From NCBI RefSeq assembly GCF_007748075.1, contig NZ_CP036280.1:1740001-1772000 (forward strand): a stretch of DNA of 32,000 bases, in the 5' to 3' direction. The stretch is from Mucisphaera calidilacus (lineage in GTDB: Bacteria > Planctomycetota > Phycisphaerae > Phycisphaerales > Phycisphaeraceae). The position numbers and the translations under genes were made by a program. The notes under the pieces were generated by a model. It ran no database searches, was not told the DNA's origin, and saw only the letters and a program-made list of their open reading frames with translations. Of the stretch, positions 1-9,250 are shown piece after piece (position 1 is the first letter of the stretch; every line of letters begins with the position of its first letter).

Positions 1-364
1 CGGCACCTACAACCACGCGTGGTCGGGGGGCCCGCTTGAGCTGCTCAGCAGGTGTATCGCAGGCGTAGGGCCAACAGAACCCGGATGGAAGCGATTCTCT
101 GTGCGCCCAGCGCTGGGACACCTGCGACAGGTCGATGTCGTCGTTCCGACCGAGCCGGACCCAATCAGGCTCGGTCTTCGCAAAGATCAGGTCGGTCTCG
201 AAATGAAGCTGACGGTCCCCGCGGGGCGTGAAGCGGTCGTGTCGCATCAGACGACTACAAGCCGTGTCTGCGTCAATGACCGGCCGGATCGCAGCCTTTC
301 GCCTGAGACAGAGCGAACGAGCACCCTCCCGTCCGGCGTGTGGACGATCCGTGAATTCAGCTAA
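1..364 (+). CDS. 3' end of a glycoside hydrolase gene (alpha-L-rhamnosidase/GH78-like C-terminus); 5' end lies outside the window
   Basis: Frame 2 is open from base 2 to TAA at 362-364: GTYNHAWSGGPLELLSRCIAGVGPTEPGWKRFSVRPALGHLRQVDVVVPT...VCVNDRP...LPSGVWTIREFS. The H-x-WSGGP ... G-V-x-P-x-x-PGW-x-x-F-x-V-x-P pattern followed by a beta-sandwich tail matches what I recall of GH78-type C-termini. The ORF track shows only the part from internal GTG 101. Confidence 0.55.
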   Translation, partial: GTYNHAWSGGPLELLSRCIAGVGPTEPGWKRFSVRPALGHLRQVDVVVPTEPDPIRLGLRKDQVGLEMKLTVPAGREAVVSHQTTTSRVCVNDRPDRSLSPETERTSTLPSGVWTIREFS

Positions 365-395
365 AAACCCCGCTTCTTCAGGAAGAAGAGCGGGG
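363..395 (-). terminator. Imperfect GC-rich hairpin between convergent genes. It has a T-run only on the minus strand, so it probably terminates 431..1252.
   Basis: ccccgcttcttc (368-379) pairs with gaagaag(ag)cgggg (382-395), leaving a 2-nt bulge. On the minus strand the hairpin is followed by TTTTT (complement of 363-367). Confidence 0.5.
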
Positions 396-430
396 CTCAG
401 GATCAAAGGTTGATGCCTGTCTGCGGTGAC

Positions 431-1252
431 TCAGCCACGCCGGCGGAGCAGGGCAAGCCCGCCCAGCGCCAGCAGTGACGCCGACATCGGCTCGGGCAGA
501 GCCGAGATGACGAGGTTGTCGTACATCGCGCCGCCCGTGTTGGCCGAGAAACCGACGTAACCAAGGCCTTCACCGTCGGTGATGAAATTCTGCGTGGTCA
601 CCGGCGTGCCATTGACGGCGATCGAGATCGTGATCGGATCGAGCGCATCAAAACCATCCGGGGCTTCGACCTTCACCTCAACGTTGACCTGTGCGGTCGC
701 GTCATCGAAACCAGCGATGTTGTCGAAGTTGATCGAACCGCCGCCAAAGGTATTCCACTGCACACGCCCGGCCCCCTGATTGCTCTGGATCAGGAAGGTG
801 GCGTCGGTGACCGCGTTGACGGCGAGGAAGGCCGCTCCGCCATCGGTGGCGGCAACCGTGGCCGCGTCCAGGCCGAAGAAGATCGATGCGAAACCCGAGG
901 AGCCGCGCGTGACGTCGACGTTCACCACGTATCCGCCGGCGGCGAGAACGGCGGGATCCGTGGTCAGGTCGTAGGCGGTCGAGGCGGCACCAAAGCGGAT
1001 GACACCCTGGCCGTCCTGAACCGTAGAGTTGATGCCACCGCCGCTCACGCGCGTCGGCGTCAGGGCGTAGGCCTGAACGGTTGATCCGCCAAGGCCGTTG
1101 TCGTTGCTGCCCCAGTCGCTCAGCAAGGCGCCATTGTCCGGGTTGGCGTTGCCGAGTGTCCTGTCAAAGGCGTCCGAAAGAATCGCCGCTGACGCAGTCG
1201 ATCCCGTGAACAATGCAGCGATCGTCCATAGTGCTGTTTTGCGGTTTGTCAT
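431..1252 (-). CDS. Secreted PEP-CTERM-anchored protein with a ~230-aa lectin/jelly-roll-like domain of unknown function
   Basis: Signal peptide MTNRKTALWTIAALFTGSTASAA. C-terminal PEP-CTERM sorting signal LPEPMSASLLALGGLALLRRRG (PEP motif, hydrophobic helix, Arg cluster). The body is clearly paralogous to the N-terminal domain of 2659..3894 (LSDAFDRTLGNANPDNGALLSDWGSNDNGLGG vs ISDAFERVTGNADPENGPTLSDWGANDNALGG; APDGFD; GYVGFSAN vs GYVGWSAN; YDNLVI vs IDNLVI). Confidence 0.85.
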   Translation of the reverse strand: MTNRKTALWTIAALFTGSTASAAILSDAFDRTLGNANPDNGALLSDWGSNDNGLGGSTVQAYALTPTRVSGGGINSTVQDGQGVIRFGAASTAYDLTTDPAVLAAGGYVVNVDVTRGSSGFASIFFGLDAATVAATDGGAAFLAVNAVTDATFLIQSNQGAGRVQWNTFGGGSINFDNIAGFDDATAQVNVEVKVEAPDGFDALDPITISIAVNGTPVTTQNFITDGEGLGYVGFSANTGGAMYDNLVISALPEPMSASLLALGGLALLRRRG

Positions 1253-1478
1253 TCTGCCTCTCCTGAGTAAGAAATGCGGGGTTGGTCAGATACGTGTGAA
1301 ACATGAAAACTCGAACGACTACATCCTACCACTCCATCGGGGTGCGGCAAGGGTCCGCGCGTAAGTATTTTCACACAACGTGATCACTGCAGATGGTTGA
1401 CACGAATACCATCCATCCGGACCAGAGTGCCGGACGACGATTTTGGTCGTGATTTGTGGATTCGGGTAAGGGGTCTGC

Positions 1479-1515
1479 GATCACCTGTGATCTTGATGAT
1501 GCGCAATGTGATCTT
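1479..1515. promoter_or_regulatory. Candidate operator cluster (GATCAC/GTGATC palindrome plus 21-bp-spaced direct repeats) upstream of 431..1252 and next to the AraC gene
   Basis: GATCAC-ct-GTGATC is a perfect 6-2-6 palindrome at 1479-1492. TGTGATCTT occurs at 1486-1494 and again at 1507-1515, 21 bp apart (two helical turns). TCTTGAT is repeated at 1491-1497 and 1519-1525. Confidence 0.3.
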
Positions 1516-1562
1516 TATTCTTGATCCGCACTGCCGGACATGCCCGGTCACCCCCGGCCTGA

Positions 1563-2462
1563 TTACGTTGTTTTTTTCTGAACCGAGCGGTAGTCCGAAG
1601 GCGTCATGTTGAGCAGCCGCCTGAACGCCCGGCTGAAAGCCGCCTGCGATCCGAAGCCAAGATCGATCGCGATCCGCTTGACCGGTTGATCCGTGTGCCT
1701 GAGTCGTCGGGCCGCTTCCTGGATCCGCAATTCCAATGCGTAGCTGTGCGGCGCCTGCCCGTATGCCCGTGTGAAGGCACGCGTCAGGTGCTCACGCGTG
1801 ACGCCATACTCCCCGGCCAGTTCCTGAACCGTCCAGGCATGGGCGAGGTTGTCCCGGATCGTGTGCTCGACCTGCTCGGCCAATTGACTGGAGAAACGAC
1901 TGGTCTCGGCGTCCTCGACGCCTTCCATCAGAGCCACGATCAGGTCGTTGTAAAAACGCACCCCTTCTGACGACGTCATCCGGATGTAGTGCGACGGCTC
2001 ACGGGCCTGCGCCAGCATGCGCCGAACCACCGGGCTCTCGAGATCGAGGCTGTAAACGGCCCCGTACTTTGCCCGCATCTGCAGAAGCAGATCGACCGCC
2101 GACTGACCCGAGAAGATGAAACCGAGAAACTCGAACTCACCCCGGTAATCCGGGTGATAACCCTCGTGAACCTCTGTGTCCTCGACCCGTCGAAAGCTCG
2201 CCTCACCCGGCCTCAGCGGTCTCATATCGTCACCCACCCAGACCGCGCCCCCCTCCGACAGCGAGAGCTTGAAGACGACGTGCTCGGGCATCGGCTCCTG
2301 GGGCACGGTCCAGGAGTTATAGAGCGGGCTGTGCGCAACGCCCTGCCCCACATAAAAAGGGCTTGGCATACCGCGTACCGGAGCCATGACGGTGTACCAC
2401 GCGTAATGAATCATGGTGTAGGAGGTCGCGCCTCTGCCGCGTTGTGCGTTCGTGAGAGACAT
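1563..2462 (-). CDS. AraC/XylS-family transcriptional regulator
   Basis: C-terminal double helix-turn-helix typical of AraC: VQELAGEYGVTREHLTRAFTRAYGQAPHSYALELRIQEAARRLRHTDQPVKRIAIDLGFGSQAAFSRAFRRLLNMTPSDYR. The N-terminal ~180 aa would be the ligand/dimerisation domain. Confidence 0.9.
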   Translation of the reverse strand: MSLTNAQRGRGATSYTMIHYAWYTVMAPVRGMPSPFYVGQGVAHSPLYNSWTVPQEPMPEHVVFKLSLSEGGAVWVGDDMRPLRPGEASFRRVEDTEVHEGYHPDYRGEFEFLGFIFSGQSAVDLLLQMRAKYGAVYSLDLESPVVRRMLAQAREPSHYIRMTSSEGVRFYNDLIVALMEGVEDAETSRFSSQLAEQVEHTIRDNLAHAWTVQELAGEYGVTREHLTRAFTRAYGQAPHSYALELRIQEAARRLRHTDQPVKRIAIDLGFGSQAAFSRAFRRLLNMTPSDYRSVQKKTT

Positions 2463-2658
2463 TCAATTCCTGATCACATAGGGTCAAGCGTTGTCACAAA
2501 ATGAGGATTGCGACCCGTCTGCAGCCGCCTATACTTGCTTGAAGTATCAGTCTCATTCGATCACGCGTCAACAACGAACGTCGAGAAGCATCCCGCACCA
2601 GAATCAAGCAAGAATCTGCCTCAACGCACACCGAGGCGCAGAAAGGACAGAGGGAATC

Positions 2659-3894
2659 ATGAGAACAGCCTGCACCACCGCCACACTGCTCGTCGCCACG
2701 CTTGGCCTGACAGCCAACGCCCAGACACCGAAGGTCCTCATCTCGGACGCCTTCGAGCGGGTCACGGGTAATGCCGACCCCGAGAACGGCCCAACCCTTT
2801 CCGACTGGGGAGCGAACGACAACGCCCTGGGCGGCGGCATCCTCCAGACCTACATCACCACGCCCACCCGAGGCGGCACGGGCGGGGTCGACCAGACGGT
2901 TCAGGAGGCAGACGGCGATGAATTCGACGGCGATCTCGACAACGAGGGCGTCATCCGGTTCGGCACCACCATGGTCGACTACGACCTGGCCTCAGACCCG
3001 GACGTTCTTTTCGGCGGCGGATATACCGTCTCATTCGACTTCCGACGGCTCGCGGGTTTCCTCTCCTTCTACATCGGATACGACCCCGTCGATGCCGCCA
3101 ACACAGACGGCGGCGCGGCCTTCGGCCCGGTCACCAGCGGCTTCGCGGGTGAACACGCCTGGATCTTCCAGGATGACGGTCTGGGCACGGGAAGGATGCA
3201 GCTGTTTGAGAGCGGGAACCAGCTCCTCCCGCCTGGCGACATCAACGGCGCTTTCGGCATCTCCACCGAACTCCACACGACCCTGATTACCGTGTCGGCA
3301 CCCGACGGCTTCGACACCGGTGACCTGGTGACCGCCTCGGTTTCGGTCGACGGCAGCCCCGTGCTGGACGCGACACACACCGTTGCCTCCGACGGCATGC
3401 ACTTCGGCTACGTCGGCTGGTCCGCAAACTCCGGCAACGCCCAGATCGACAACCTCGTCATCGCGTCACTGGACACCGCGCCCGAAGGGCTCGAAGGCGA
3501 TTTCAACAACGATGGCGTCGTGGATGATGCCGACATCGACATCATCGCCGCGGCTATCGGCGGCGGATCAAGCGACCTCAAGTACGACCTCGACAGCAGC
3601 GGCACGGTCGACGCGGCCGACCTCGACGCGATGATCACGGACGTGATCGGCACGCTTTTTGGCGACGCCAACCTCGATCAGACCGTCGACCTGCTCGACC
3701 TCTCGGCGCTCGCCTCGAACTTCGAAGGGACCGCGGGTTGGGCGGGCGGAAACTTCAACACCGACACGTCCGTCGACCTGCTTGACCTCTCGACGCTGGC
3801 CAGCAACTTCAACCAGTCAGCGCCAACCGTCCCCGAGCCGACCGCACTCGTGATGCTCACGATCGGCGCAGCCACCATCGCTCGCAGACGATAA
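2659..3894 (+). CDS. Secreted protein: lectin-like domain (paralog of 431..1252) + four dockerin-like Ca-binding repeats + PEP-CTERM anchor
   Basis: I place the start at ATG 2659 (MRTACTTATLLVATLGLTANAQ signal peptide, purine-rich aggacagaggg just upstream) rather than track start 2491. Dockerin-like repeats at 3496-3813: DFNNDGVVDDADIDIIAAAIG, DLDSSGTVDAADLDAMI, GDANLDQTVDLLDLSALASNFEG, GNFNTDTSVDLLDLSTLASNFNQ. PEP-CTERM VPEPTALVMLTIGAATIARRR at 3829-3891. Confidence 0.85.
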   Translation: MRTACTTATLLVATLGLTANAQTPKVLISDAFERVTGNADPENGPTLSDWGANDNALGGGILQTYITTPTRGGTGGVDQTVQEADGDEFDGDLDNEGVIRFGTTMVDYDLASDPDVLFGGGYTVSFDFRRLAGFLSFYIGYDPVDAANTDGGAAFGPVTSGFAGEHAWIFQDDGLGTGRMQLFESGNQLLPPGDINGAFGISTELHTTLITVSAPDGFDTGDLVTASVSVDGSPVLDATHTVASDGMHFGYVGWSANSGNAQIDNLVIASLDTAPEGLEGDFNNDGVVDDADIDIIAAAIGGGSSDLKYDLDSSGTVDAADLDAMITDVIGTLFGDANLDQTVDLLDLSALASNFEGTAGWAGGNFNTDTSVDLLDLSTLASNFNQSAPTVPEPTALVMLTIGAATIARRR

Positions 3895-3995
3895 ACCTCC
3901 CTACCCGAGGCAACGCCTAACGGCGAGCTTCGGGCTTCCTGCCACCCCGTGGCCCGAACTTCCCCTCTCTCCCTCCTTTTAGCAAGGATGGCACC

Positions 3996-4856
3996 ATGTT
4001 CATGCATCGAGACACAGCCGCATCACCCAGATTGACATCCAGAGGCTTCACCCTCATCGAACTCCTTGTCGTGATCTCCATCATCGCGCTGCTGATCGGC
4101 ATCCTGTTGCCCGCGCTGGGGGCCGCACGCTCCACCGCACGCAACGCCGCCGACCTCAGCAACCTGCGGCAGATCGGCGTCGCCTATTTCGCGTGGCTGA
4201 CCGACAACGACTTTTCCGGATTCTCGGATTACCCCATGAACCTCCTCACCCAGGGCGGTTACATCGATCTTGAGAATACCGACACCGTGAACATCTGCCC
4301 CGAGACCGAATCACCCACCGATGTCGATGACGCCGTCTCTCAGGGTGCAACACAGATCGGGGCGAACGACTGGGGGGGCACCGCAAGCGTCGCCTACCAG
4401 CGCGGAACCTTTGGAGGGTTCGTGACCCGCAGCAGCTACACCTACAACGCGTGGCTCGCCACCGAGCAGTTCGCCAACGGCACCCCGAACTTCGTCGGCA
4501 ACTCTTATGGCTTTTCGTATCGTGATGAGTTCCGCTGGCAGAACTTCGACAGGGTCCGCAACACAAGCAACGTGCCTCTCGCGGGCGACGGATGCTGGAT
4601 CGCCATCGCCCCGGACGAGACACGCCCCGCACCCGGCGCCCTTGCCATCCACGACCGCTCGGCCCCCTTCACGAATCTCCAGCCTTTCCGGATCTACGGC
4701 TTCCACGAGATGTACATGGATCGGCACGGCAGCCACGTCAACATGGGCTTCGTTGATGGCAGCGTGCGCAACGTCCCGATCGACGATCTGTGGGACCTGG
4801 AGTGGCACGACAACTACGACTTCGACCTCGCCATGAAACCGTCGCAGCTGAAATAA
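3996..4856 (+). CDS. Pseudopilin-like protein with a prepilin-type N-terminal cleavage/methylation motif and a C-terminal H-X9-DG motif (DUF1559-type)
   Basis: [35 protein letters not shown] is a classic G/FTLIEL prepilin leader-helix. Near the C-terminus, [17 protein letters not shown] fits H-X9-DG (H, nine residues, DG). Confidence 0.9.
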   Translation: MFMHRDTAASPRLTSRGFTLIELLVVISIIALLIGILLPALGAARSTARNAADLSNLRQIGVAYFAWLTDNDFSGFSDYPMNLLTQGGYIDLENTDTVNICPETESPTDVDDAVSQGATQIGANDWGGTASVAYQRGTFGGFVTRSSYTYNAWLATEQFANGTPNFVGNSYGFSYRDEFRWQNFDRVRNTSNVPLAGDGCWIAIAPDETRPAPGALAIHDRSAPFTNLQPFRIYGFHEMYMDRHGSHVNMGFVDGSVRNVPIDDLWDLEWHDNYDFDLAMKPSQLK

Positions 4857-4986
4857 CAGCAGCGAAGCTTGATGAGAAGGGCCGGCAGGATCGTCCGCGA
4901 ACAGGCTTTCGCACCAGCCCATGACCACTCCGCCTCATCACCGTGTCAGATCCGCCAGCCGCCCCGCCAGTCATGACCCCTGGTCT

Positions 4987-5028
4987 CTGGCGACGAGAGT
5001 CGCCGGAGACCGCTTCGGCTCTTGTGTT
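4987..5028 (+). terminator. Two adjacent hairpins between the pseudopilin-like gene and GH2; possible weak terminator or attenuator
   Basis: ctggcgac-gaga-gtcgccgg (4987-5006, 8-bp stem with one G-U pair). Then gag(a)ccg-ctt-cggctc (5006-5021) followed by ttgtgtt. Confidence 0.25.
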
Positions 5029-5093
5029 GATGAAGCCATCGCCTCTTACCTCGGCTTTCGGGCTAAACGCTCATCCCTAGGTTCTGGAACACC

Positions 5094-8000
5094 ATGTACA
5101 CCACCGACCGCAACATCCTGCATCGCCTCATGATCCTGATCGCTGCTGTGGCGGCGTGTTCACTCCTTGTCTCGCCGACGCGTGCCCAGAACATCGAGGG
5201 TGATCCCGCCAAAGCACGCCAACAAGAACTGGCTCAGCAGGAGGCCGGCCTCGGCCTGGCCGCAGGTGGCACCGCCGCAGAGATTCTGCCCAAGGTTCGC
5301 CTAACACCACGAGATGTCTCGATCACCGGGCTCGACGAACACCGCATCACGCTCGACGGAACCTGGCGGTTCGTCCACGAGGTCCCCGAGTCGTTCGACG
5401 GCAGCGCAGGCAGCGTCAAGGACTGGGGCGAGGTACAGATCCCGCGCCATTACGCCTTGCAGGGCTACCCGCGCATGCACCGCAAATTCGGCGTCCCGGT
5501 CGCTTACGCCAAACGCTTCACCATCCCCGACACGTGGCGGGGAAGGCGCGTCGCCCTGCGTTTCGAGGGTGTCGACGGCTACGCCAAGCTCTGGGTCAAC
5601 GGCCAGCCGGCGGGCAAGAACGACATCGCCACCCTGCCCAGCGAGTACGACATCACCCCCTTCATCCGCGCCGGCGAGAACGAACTCACACTCACCGTCG
5701 AGAAATCTCTGGTCACGCACTGGTCGCGCAGAGAACTCGGCGGGATCACACGCACCGTCTACCTGCAGGCCATGACCGAAGTCAATCTCGCGCGCCTCCA
5801 CGTTGATACCCGGCTAAATGCCGACGCAGCAAGCGCGACCATGAACGTGCACCTCCGCGTCGCCAACCAGAGCGACGCCGTCACGAGCAACCTCTTCGTG
5901 CAGCTCGCGCTCGAACGGGCCGACGGAACACCCGTAGCCATCGATTCCGCCGAAGCACGGACACCGCTTCCCGCGATCGCGCCAGGCCAGACGCTCGAGT
6001 TCATGATCCCGGTGCGGGTGCACAACATCGAGACGTGGACCGCGGAATCACCCAGCCTCTACATCGTCACCGGCGAACTGATCGACGAAGAACGCTCGCT
6101 GATGTCTGCCCGCCAGCGCTTCGGCTTCCGCGACGTTCGTGTCGCAGGACATCAGCTGTTGATCAATGGCTCGCCGGTCAAGCTGCGCGGCACCAACTAC
6201 CACATCACCCACCCGGATCATGGCGAATCGGTGCCTCGCGACCTCATCCAGCACGACATCGAACTCTTCAAGGGCTGCAACTTCAACGCCCTGCGATCAC
6301 GCCCCACGCCGGTCTACGACTACGTGGAGCTCTGCGACGAGATGGGTGTCTACACCACGGTCGAGGCGATGGTCTCCATCATGATGTACGACAAGGGGCC
6401 CGCCGGCGACTACGGCGCCGACCCGGCCATCGCGGGGCCCTACCGCCACCACGTCGCCACCATGATCGAGAGTTACTACTCCAACCCCTCGGTCATCACC
6501 TGGGGCCTCGGCAACGAGTGCGCTTATTACGACTACTTCAAGGTCGCGGCTCTCGGCATGCACAAGCGAGACCCCTCGCGACCCCTGTTCTTCGGTTCCG
6601 ACAACCGCCTGGGCGTCGGCATCCCCTACATGGATATCAACGACGACCACTACCCGCGCAATCGTGGCAACCGTGCGTCCGTCAGCATCGACGACCTCTC
6701 CCACGTCGCCGACGACGCCTGGGACTACCCCGATGACCGCCCGGTCTTCTTCACCGAGTGGCTCCACGTCCACACCAACAACGTCAAGGAGATCGCTTAC
6801 GACCCCGGCGTCGACGAGTTCTGGGCCCGCTACGCCGAAATCCACCTCAACCACATGTACCGGATGCCACACTTCCTCGGCGGATTCCACTTCAAGGGAG
6901 CCCCCTACCGCAACATCGGTGCACCCGGAATCTGGCGTGGCGTCTTCGACGCCGACCGCCGCATCAACAACCTCTACTGGCACGTGCTCAAGTCTCACTC
7001 TCCGGTACGCATTCACGAGACAGCGGGGCTGTGGGATCCCGTGACACAAACGCTGAACTTTGCCGTCGAAAACCGCTACGACTTCACCTCCCTGGACGAA
7101 CTCACACTCAACTGGACACACGGCGACCAGACCGGCCAGGCCGTGGCGGTTGGCGACCCGGGACAGACCGGGAAGCTGATGATCCCGATGACCGATCCCG
7201 CCGATCCTCGGCCGATCAGTCTCGAGGTCCGCGATCCCCACGGCGCACTGATCGATCGCTACCACCTCACCGTGCGAGGAACGCAGCAGCAACGCCAGAC
7301 ACCGGCCGCGGGAAAGAACCACCCGCTCGAGATCGAGCAGACCGACGACCTTCTGATCGTCACGACTGGTGATGTCCGCTACACCCTCGACCGGACAACC
7401 GGGCTGATCACGCAGGCCGCACGAGGTGGCGATGTCGTCATCGACGGATCACCCTCGCTCCTCGCCCTCCCGGCACAGCTCAAGAACTTCCGCGGCCAGC
7501 AGAAGCGCACACTCGTCAATCAGGCCGTGGGCTGGCAGGCGCAGCACGTCGACGTGAGCCAGCGCGAAGACCACGTCCGAATCCTCGCGACAGGACGATA
7601 CACCCAAGCCGAGGGAACGATCACCACCACCCTCCACGCCGACGGCACTGCCGAGCTCGCCTATGACTTCACGTGGACCGGCACTCAGCCCTTCGCGCTC
7701 TTCAGTTCCGGGTTGACCTTTCCCGTTACGGCAAGTCACGACCGCATCCGCTGGGATCGCAAGGCGCTCTGGAGTGTCTACCCGGACGATCACATCGGCC
7801 GATCTTCGGGCATCGCCATCGCAGCCGGCAACCCTGCCCTGGCGGCATCCAGAACGTCGTACACCGAGGGCCCCAGGCCGTGGCCGTGGTCAGCCGACCT
7901 GGTCTCCGGCGTCACGCGCGACTTCCGAAGCACGAAGTTTGACATCCGCACCGCCGGCCTGATTGATCAACAAAACAAGGGACTGCTGGTGGTCGGCAAC

Positions 8001-8246
8001 GGCAGGCAACACGTCCAGGCCGTCCCGCGCAACGATGACCTCGAAGGCAACATTTTCACCGCCGAACTCCACGGCCCGCCCGCAGACGGTTTCGATCTGC
8101 ACGTTCTGGACTTCCACAACGGCGGAACCGAGCCCCACCTGCTCAAGTCGATCCACTTCGAACTCAGGGATATTGAGTTCGGCTCACGGCTGACCGGTGG
8201 AGCCACGCTGCGTCTGGGCACTTATTCCGAGGACGCAGGCCGATGA
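5094..8246 (+). CDS. Secreted glycoside hydrolase family 2 enzyme (LacZ-like beta-galactosidase architecture)
   Basis: Signal peptide ...LMILIAAVAACSLLVSPTRAQ. GH2 sugar-binding domain pattern WRFVHEVP...DWGEVQIPRHYALQGY...RRVALRFEGVDGYAKLWVNGQPAG...SEYDITPFIRAGENELTLTVEK. FGFRDVRVAGHQLLINGSPVKLRGTNYH precedes the TIM barrel. WGLGNEC is the candidate acid/base site. The C-terminal ~300 aa resemble the beta-galactosidase small-chain domain (LEIEQTDDLLIVTTGDVRYTLDRTTGLITQ). Confidence 0.85.
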   Translation: MYTTDRNILHRLMILIAAVAACSLLVSPTRAQNIEGDPAKARQQELAQQEAGLGLAAGGTAAEILPKVRLTPRDVSITGLDEHRITLDGTWRFVHEVPESFDGSAGSVKDWGEVQIPRHYALQGYPRMHRKFGVPVAYAKRFTIPDTWRGRRVALRFEGVDGYAKLWVNGQPAGKNDIATLPSEYDITPFIRAGENELTLTVEKSLVTHWSRRELGGITRTVYLQAMTEVNLARLHVDTRLNADAASATMNVHLRVANQSDAVTSNLFVQLALERADGTPVAIDSAEARTPLPAIAPGQTLEFMIPVRVHNIETWTAESPSLYIVTGELIDEERSLMSARQRFGFRDVRVAGHQLLINGSPVKLRGTNYHITHPDHGESVPRDLIQHDIELFKGCNFNALRSRPTPVYDYVELCDEMGVYTTVEAMVSIMMYDKGPAGDYGADPAIAGPYRHHVATMIESYYSNPSVITWGLGNECAYYDYFKVAALGMHKRDPSRPLFFGSDNRLGVGIPYMDINDDHYPRNRGNRASVSIDDLSHVADDAWDYPDDRPVFFTEWLHVHTNNVKEIAYDPGVDEFWARYAEIHLNHMYRMPHFLGGFHFKGAPYRNIGAPGIWRGVFDADRRINNLYWHVLKSHSPVRIHETAGLWDPVTQTLNFAVENRYDFTSLDELTLNWTHGDQTGQAVAVGDPGQTGKLMIPMTDPADPRPISLEVRDPHGALIDRYHLTVRGTQQQRQTPAAGKNHPLEIEQTDDLLIVTTGDVRYTLDRTTGLITQAARGGDVVIDGSPSLLALPAQLKNFRGQQKRTLVNQAVGWQAQHVDVSQREDHVRILATGRYTQAEGTITTTLHADGTAELAYDFTWTGTQPFALFSSGLTFPVTASHDRIRWDRKALWSVYPDDHIGRSSGIAIAAGNPALAASRTSYTEGPRPWPWSADLVSGVTRDFRSTKFDIRTAGLIDQQNKGLLVVGNGRQHVQAVPRNDDLEGNIFTAELHGPPADGFDLHVLDFHNGGTEPHLLKSIHFELRDIEFGSRLTGGATLRLGTYSEDAGR

Positions 8247-9250
8247 CCATCACCATCCAGAACACCACGCCGCGACGCGATATCCACGGCCGAATCATCG
8301 ACTGCCACGACGGCTGCCTGCGCCACTTCGAGGGACGCTATTACCTCTACGGCACGCGCTATGGCAATACCGACGGGTTCACCAGGGCCAATCGCTACGT
8401 CTGCTACAGCTCCCCTGACCTTGAGAACTGGACACCACACGGCGAGATTCTTGACCGCTTCCCCGACGGCATCGGCTATCGGCCGTACGTCGCGTGGAAC
8501 CCCAAGACCTCACGCTATGTGCTCTGGTTCAACTGGTACCCCGAGCTGTGGGATGGTCAATATGGCGTCGCGGTCGCCTCCCAACCCGAGGGACCCTATC
8601 AACTCGTCGCCGAGCGTACCCCGGTCGTCATGCCGCAGCCCGGTGATCACAACCTCATGGTCGACGACGACGGCGCCGGTTATCTGATCTACACCTCGAT
8701 CACAGAAACGCCTGACGGCCATCACCACCTCAGCATCGAGCGGCTCGACGAGACCATGACCACCTCCACACAGGAGAACTCCGGGATCATTGACAGCTAC
8801 GTCGAAGCACCGGCACTCTTCCGCAGGGACAGGTGGTGTTACGCCATCTTTGGCAAGACCTGCTGCTTCGGTCAGCAGGGTTCGGACGCCCGCGTCTACC
8901 GCAGCCGAGACCCCCTAGGCCCATGGTCGTGGGCCGCAGAAATCAACCGCAGGGAAGACGGCACCATTGTCGTCCCCGGACAACAGACCGACGTCACCGC
9001 GCTGCCGACCGCGGAGGGTGTCCAGTGGGTCTGGATGGCCGACCTGTGGGGGTCCAGACCCGACGGCATCAAGGGGCACGATCTCCAGCACTGGGAGCCG
9101 TTGACGTTCGGCAGCGACGGCCTGCCCCTGACGCTGGAGGGGTGTAGGACATGGTCGTTGACACGCCCGCTGCAGGTGCATGTTAAGTCGGATATCACAC
9201 CCAGGCGTCCGGGCAAGGCATCGGTATCGTCAACCGCCTCACCACGATGA
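8243..9250 (+). CDS. Glycoside hydrolase family 43-like five-bladed propeller enzyme, possibly subfamily 24-like exo-beta-1,3-galactanase type; no signal peptide
   Basis: Its ATG overlaps the GH2 stop (ATGA at 8243-8246), which suggests translational coupling. RDIHGRIIDCHDGCLRHFEGRYYLYGTRYG resembles the D-x-x-G-x-x-I-x-A-H-G-G...G-x-YYWYG opening I recall for GH43_24. A later VEAPALFRRD segment fits the GH43 catalytic Glu region. The subfamily call is tentative. Confidence 0.7.
   Translation: MTITIQNTTPRRDIHGRIIDCHDGCLRHFEGRYYLYGTRYGNTDGFTRANRYVCYSSPDLENWTPHGEILDRFPDGIGYRPYVAWNPKTSRYVLWFNWYPELWDGQYGVAVASQPEGPYQLVAERTPVVMPQPGDHNLMVDDDGAGYLIYTSITETPDGHHHLSIERLDETMTTSTQENSGIIDSYVEAPALFRRDRWCYAIFGKTCCFGQQGSDARVYRSRDPLGPWSWAAEINRREDGTIVVPGQQTDVTALPTAEGVQWVWMADLWGSRPDGIKGHDLQHWEPLTFGSDGLPLTLEGCRTWSLTRPLQVHVKSDITPRRPGKASVSSTASPR

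Noticed and set aside
2491-2658. 56-codon N-terminal extension of the dockerin/PEP-CTERM protein (track start 2491), and the analogous extension 30100-30180 of the PEP-CTERM CBM-like gene
   Set aside because: The extensions are hydrophilic and non-signal-like. Internal ATGs (2659 and 30099) are followed immediately by signal peptides and preceded by purine-rich or Shine-Dalgarno sequences (GAAGGAGGA for 30099).
6297-7322. 341-aa ORF antisense to the GH2 gene, plus many other long ORFs on the opposite strand or in alternate frames of clear genes (e.g. 4311-4928, 22923-23762, 23781-24551, 27146-28117, 17366-18034, 13191-13793)
   Set aside because: These are typical high-GC shadow ORFs. They are Arg/Pro/Gly/Ala/Val-rich and low-complexity, they lack recognisable motifs, and each lies fully inside a gene with strong family signatures on the other strand or frame.
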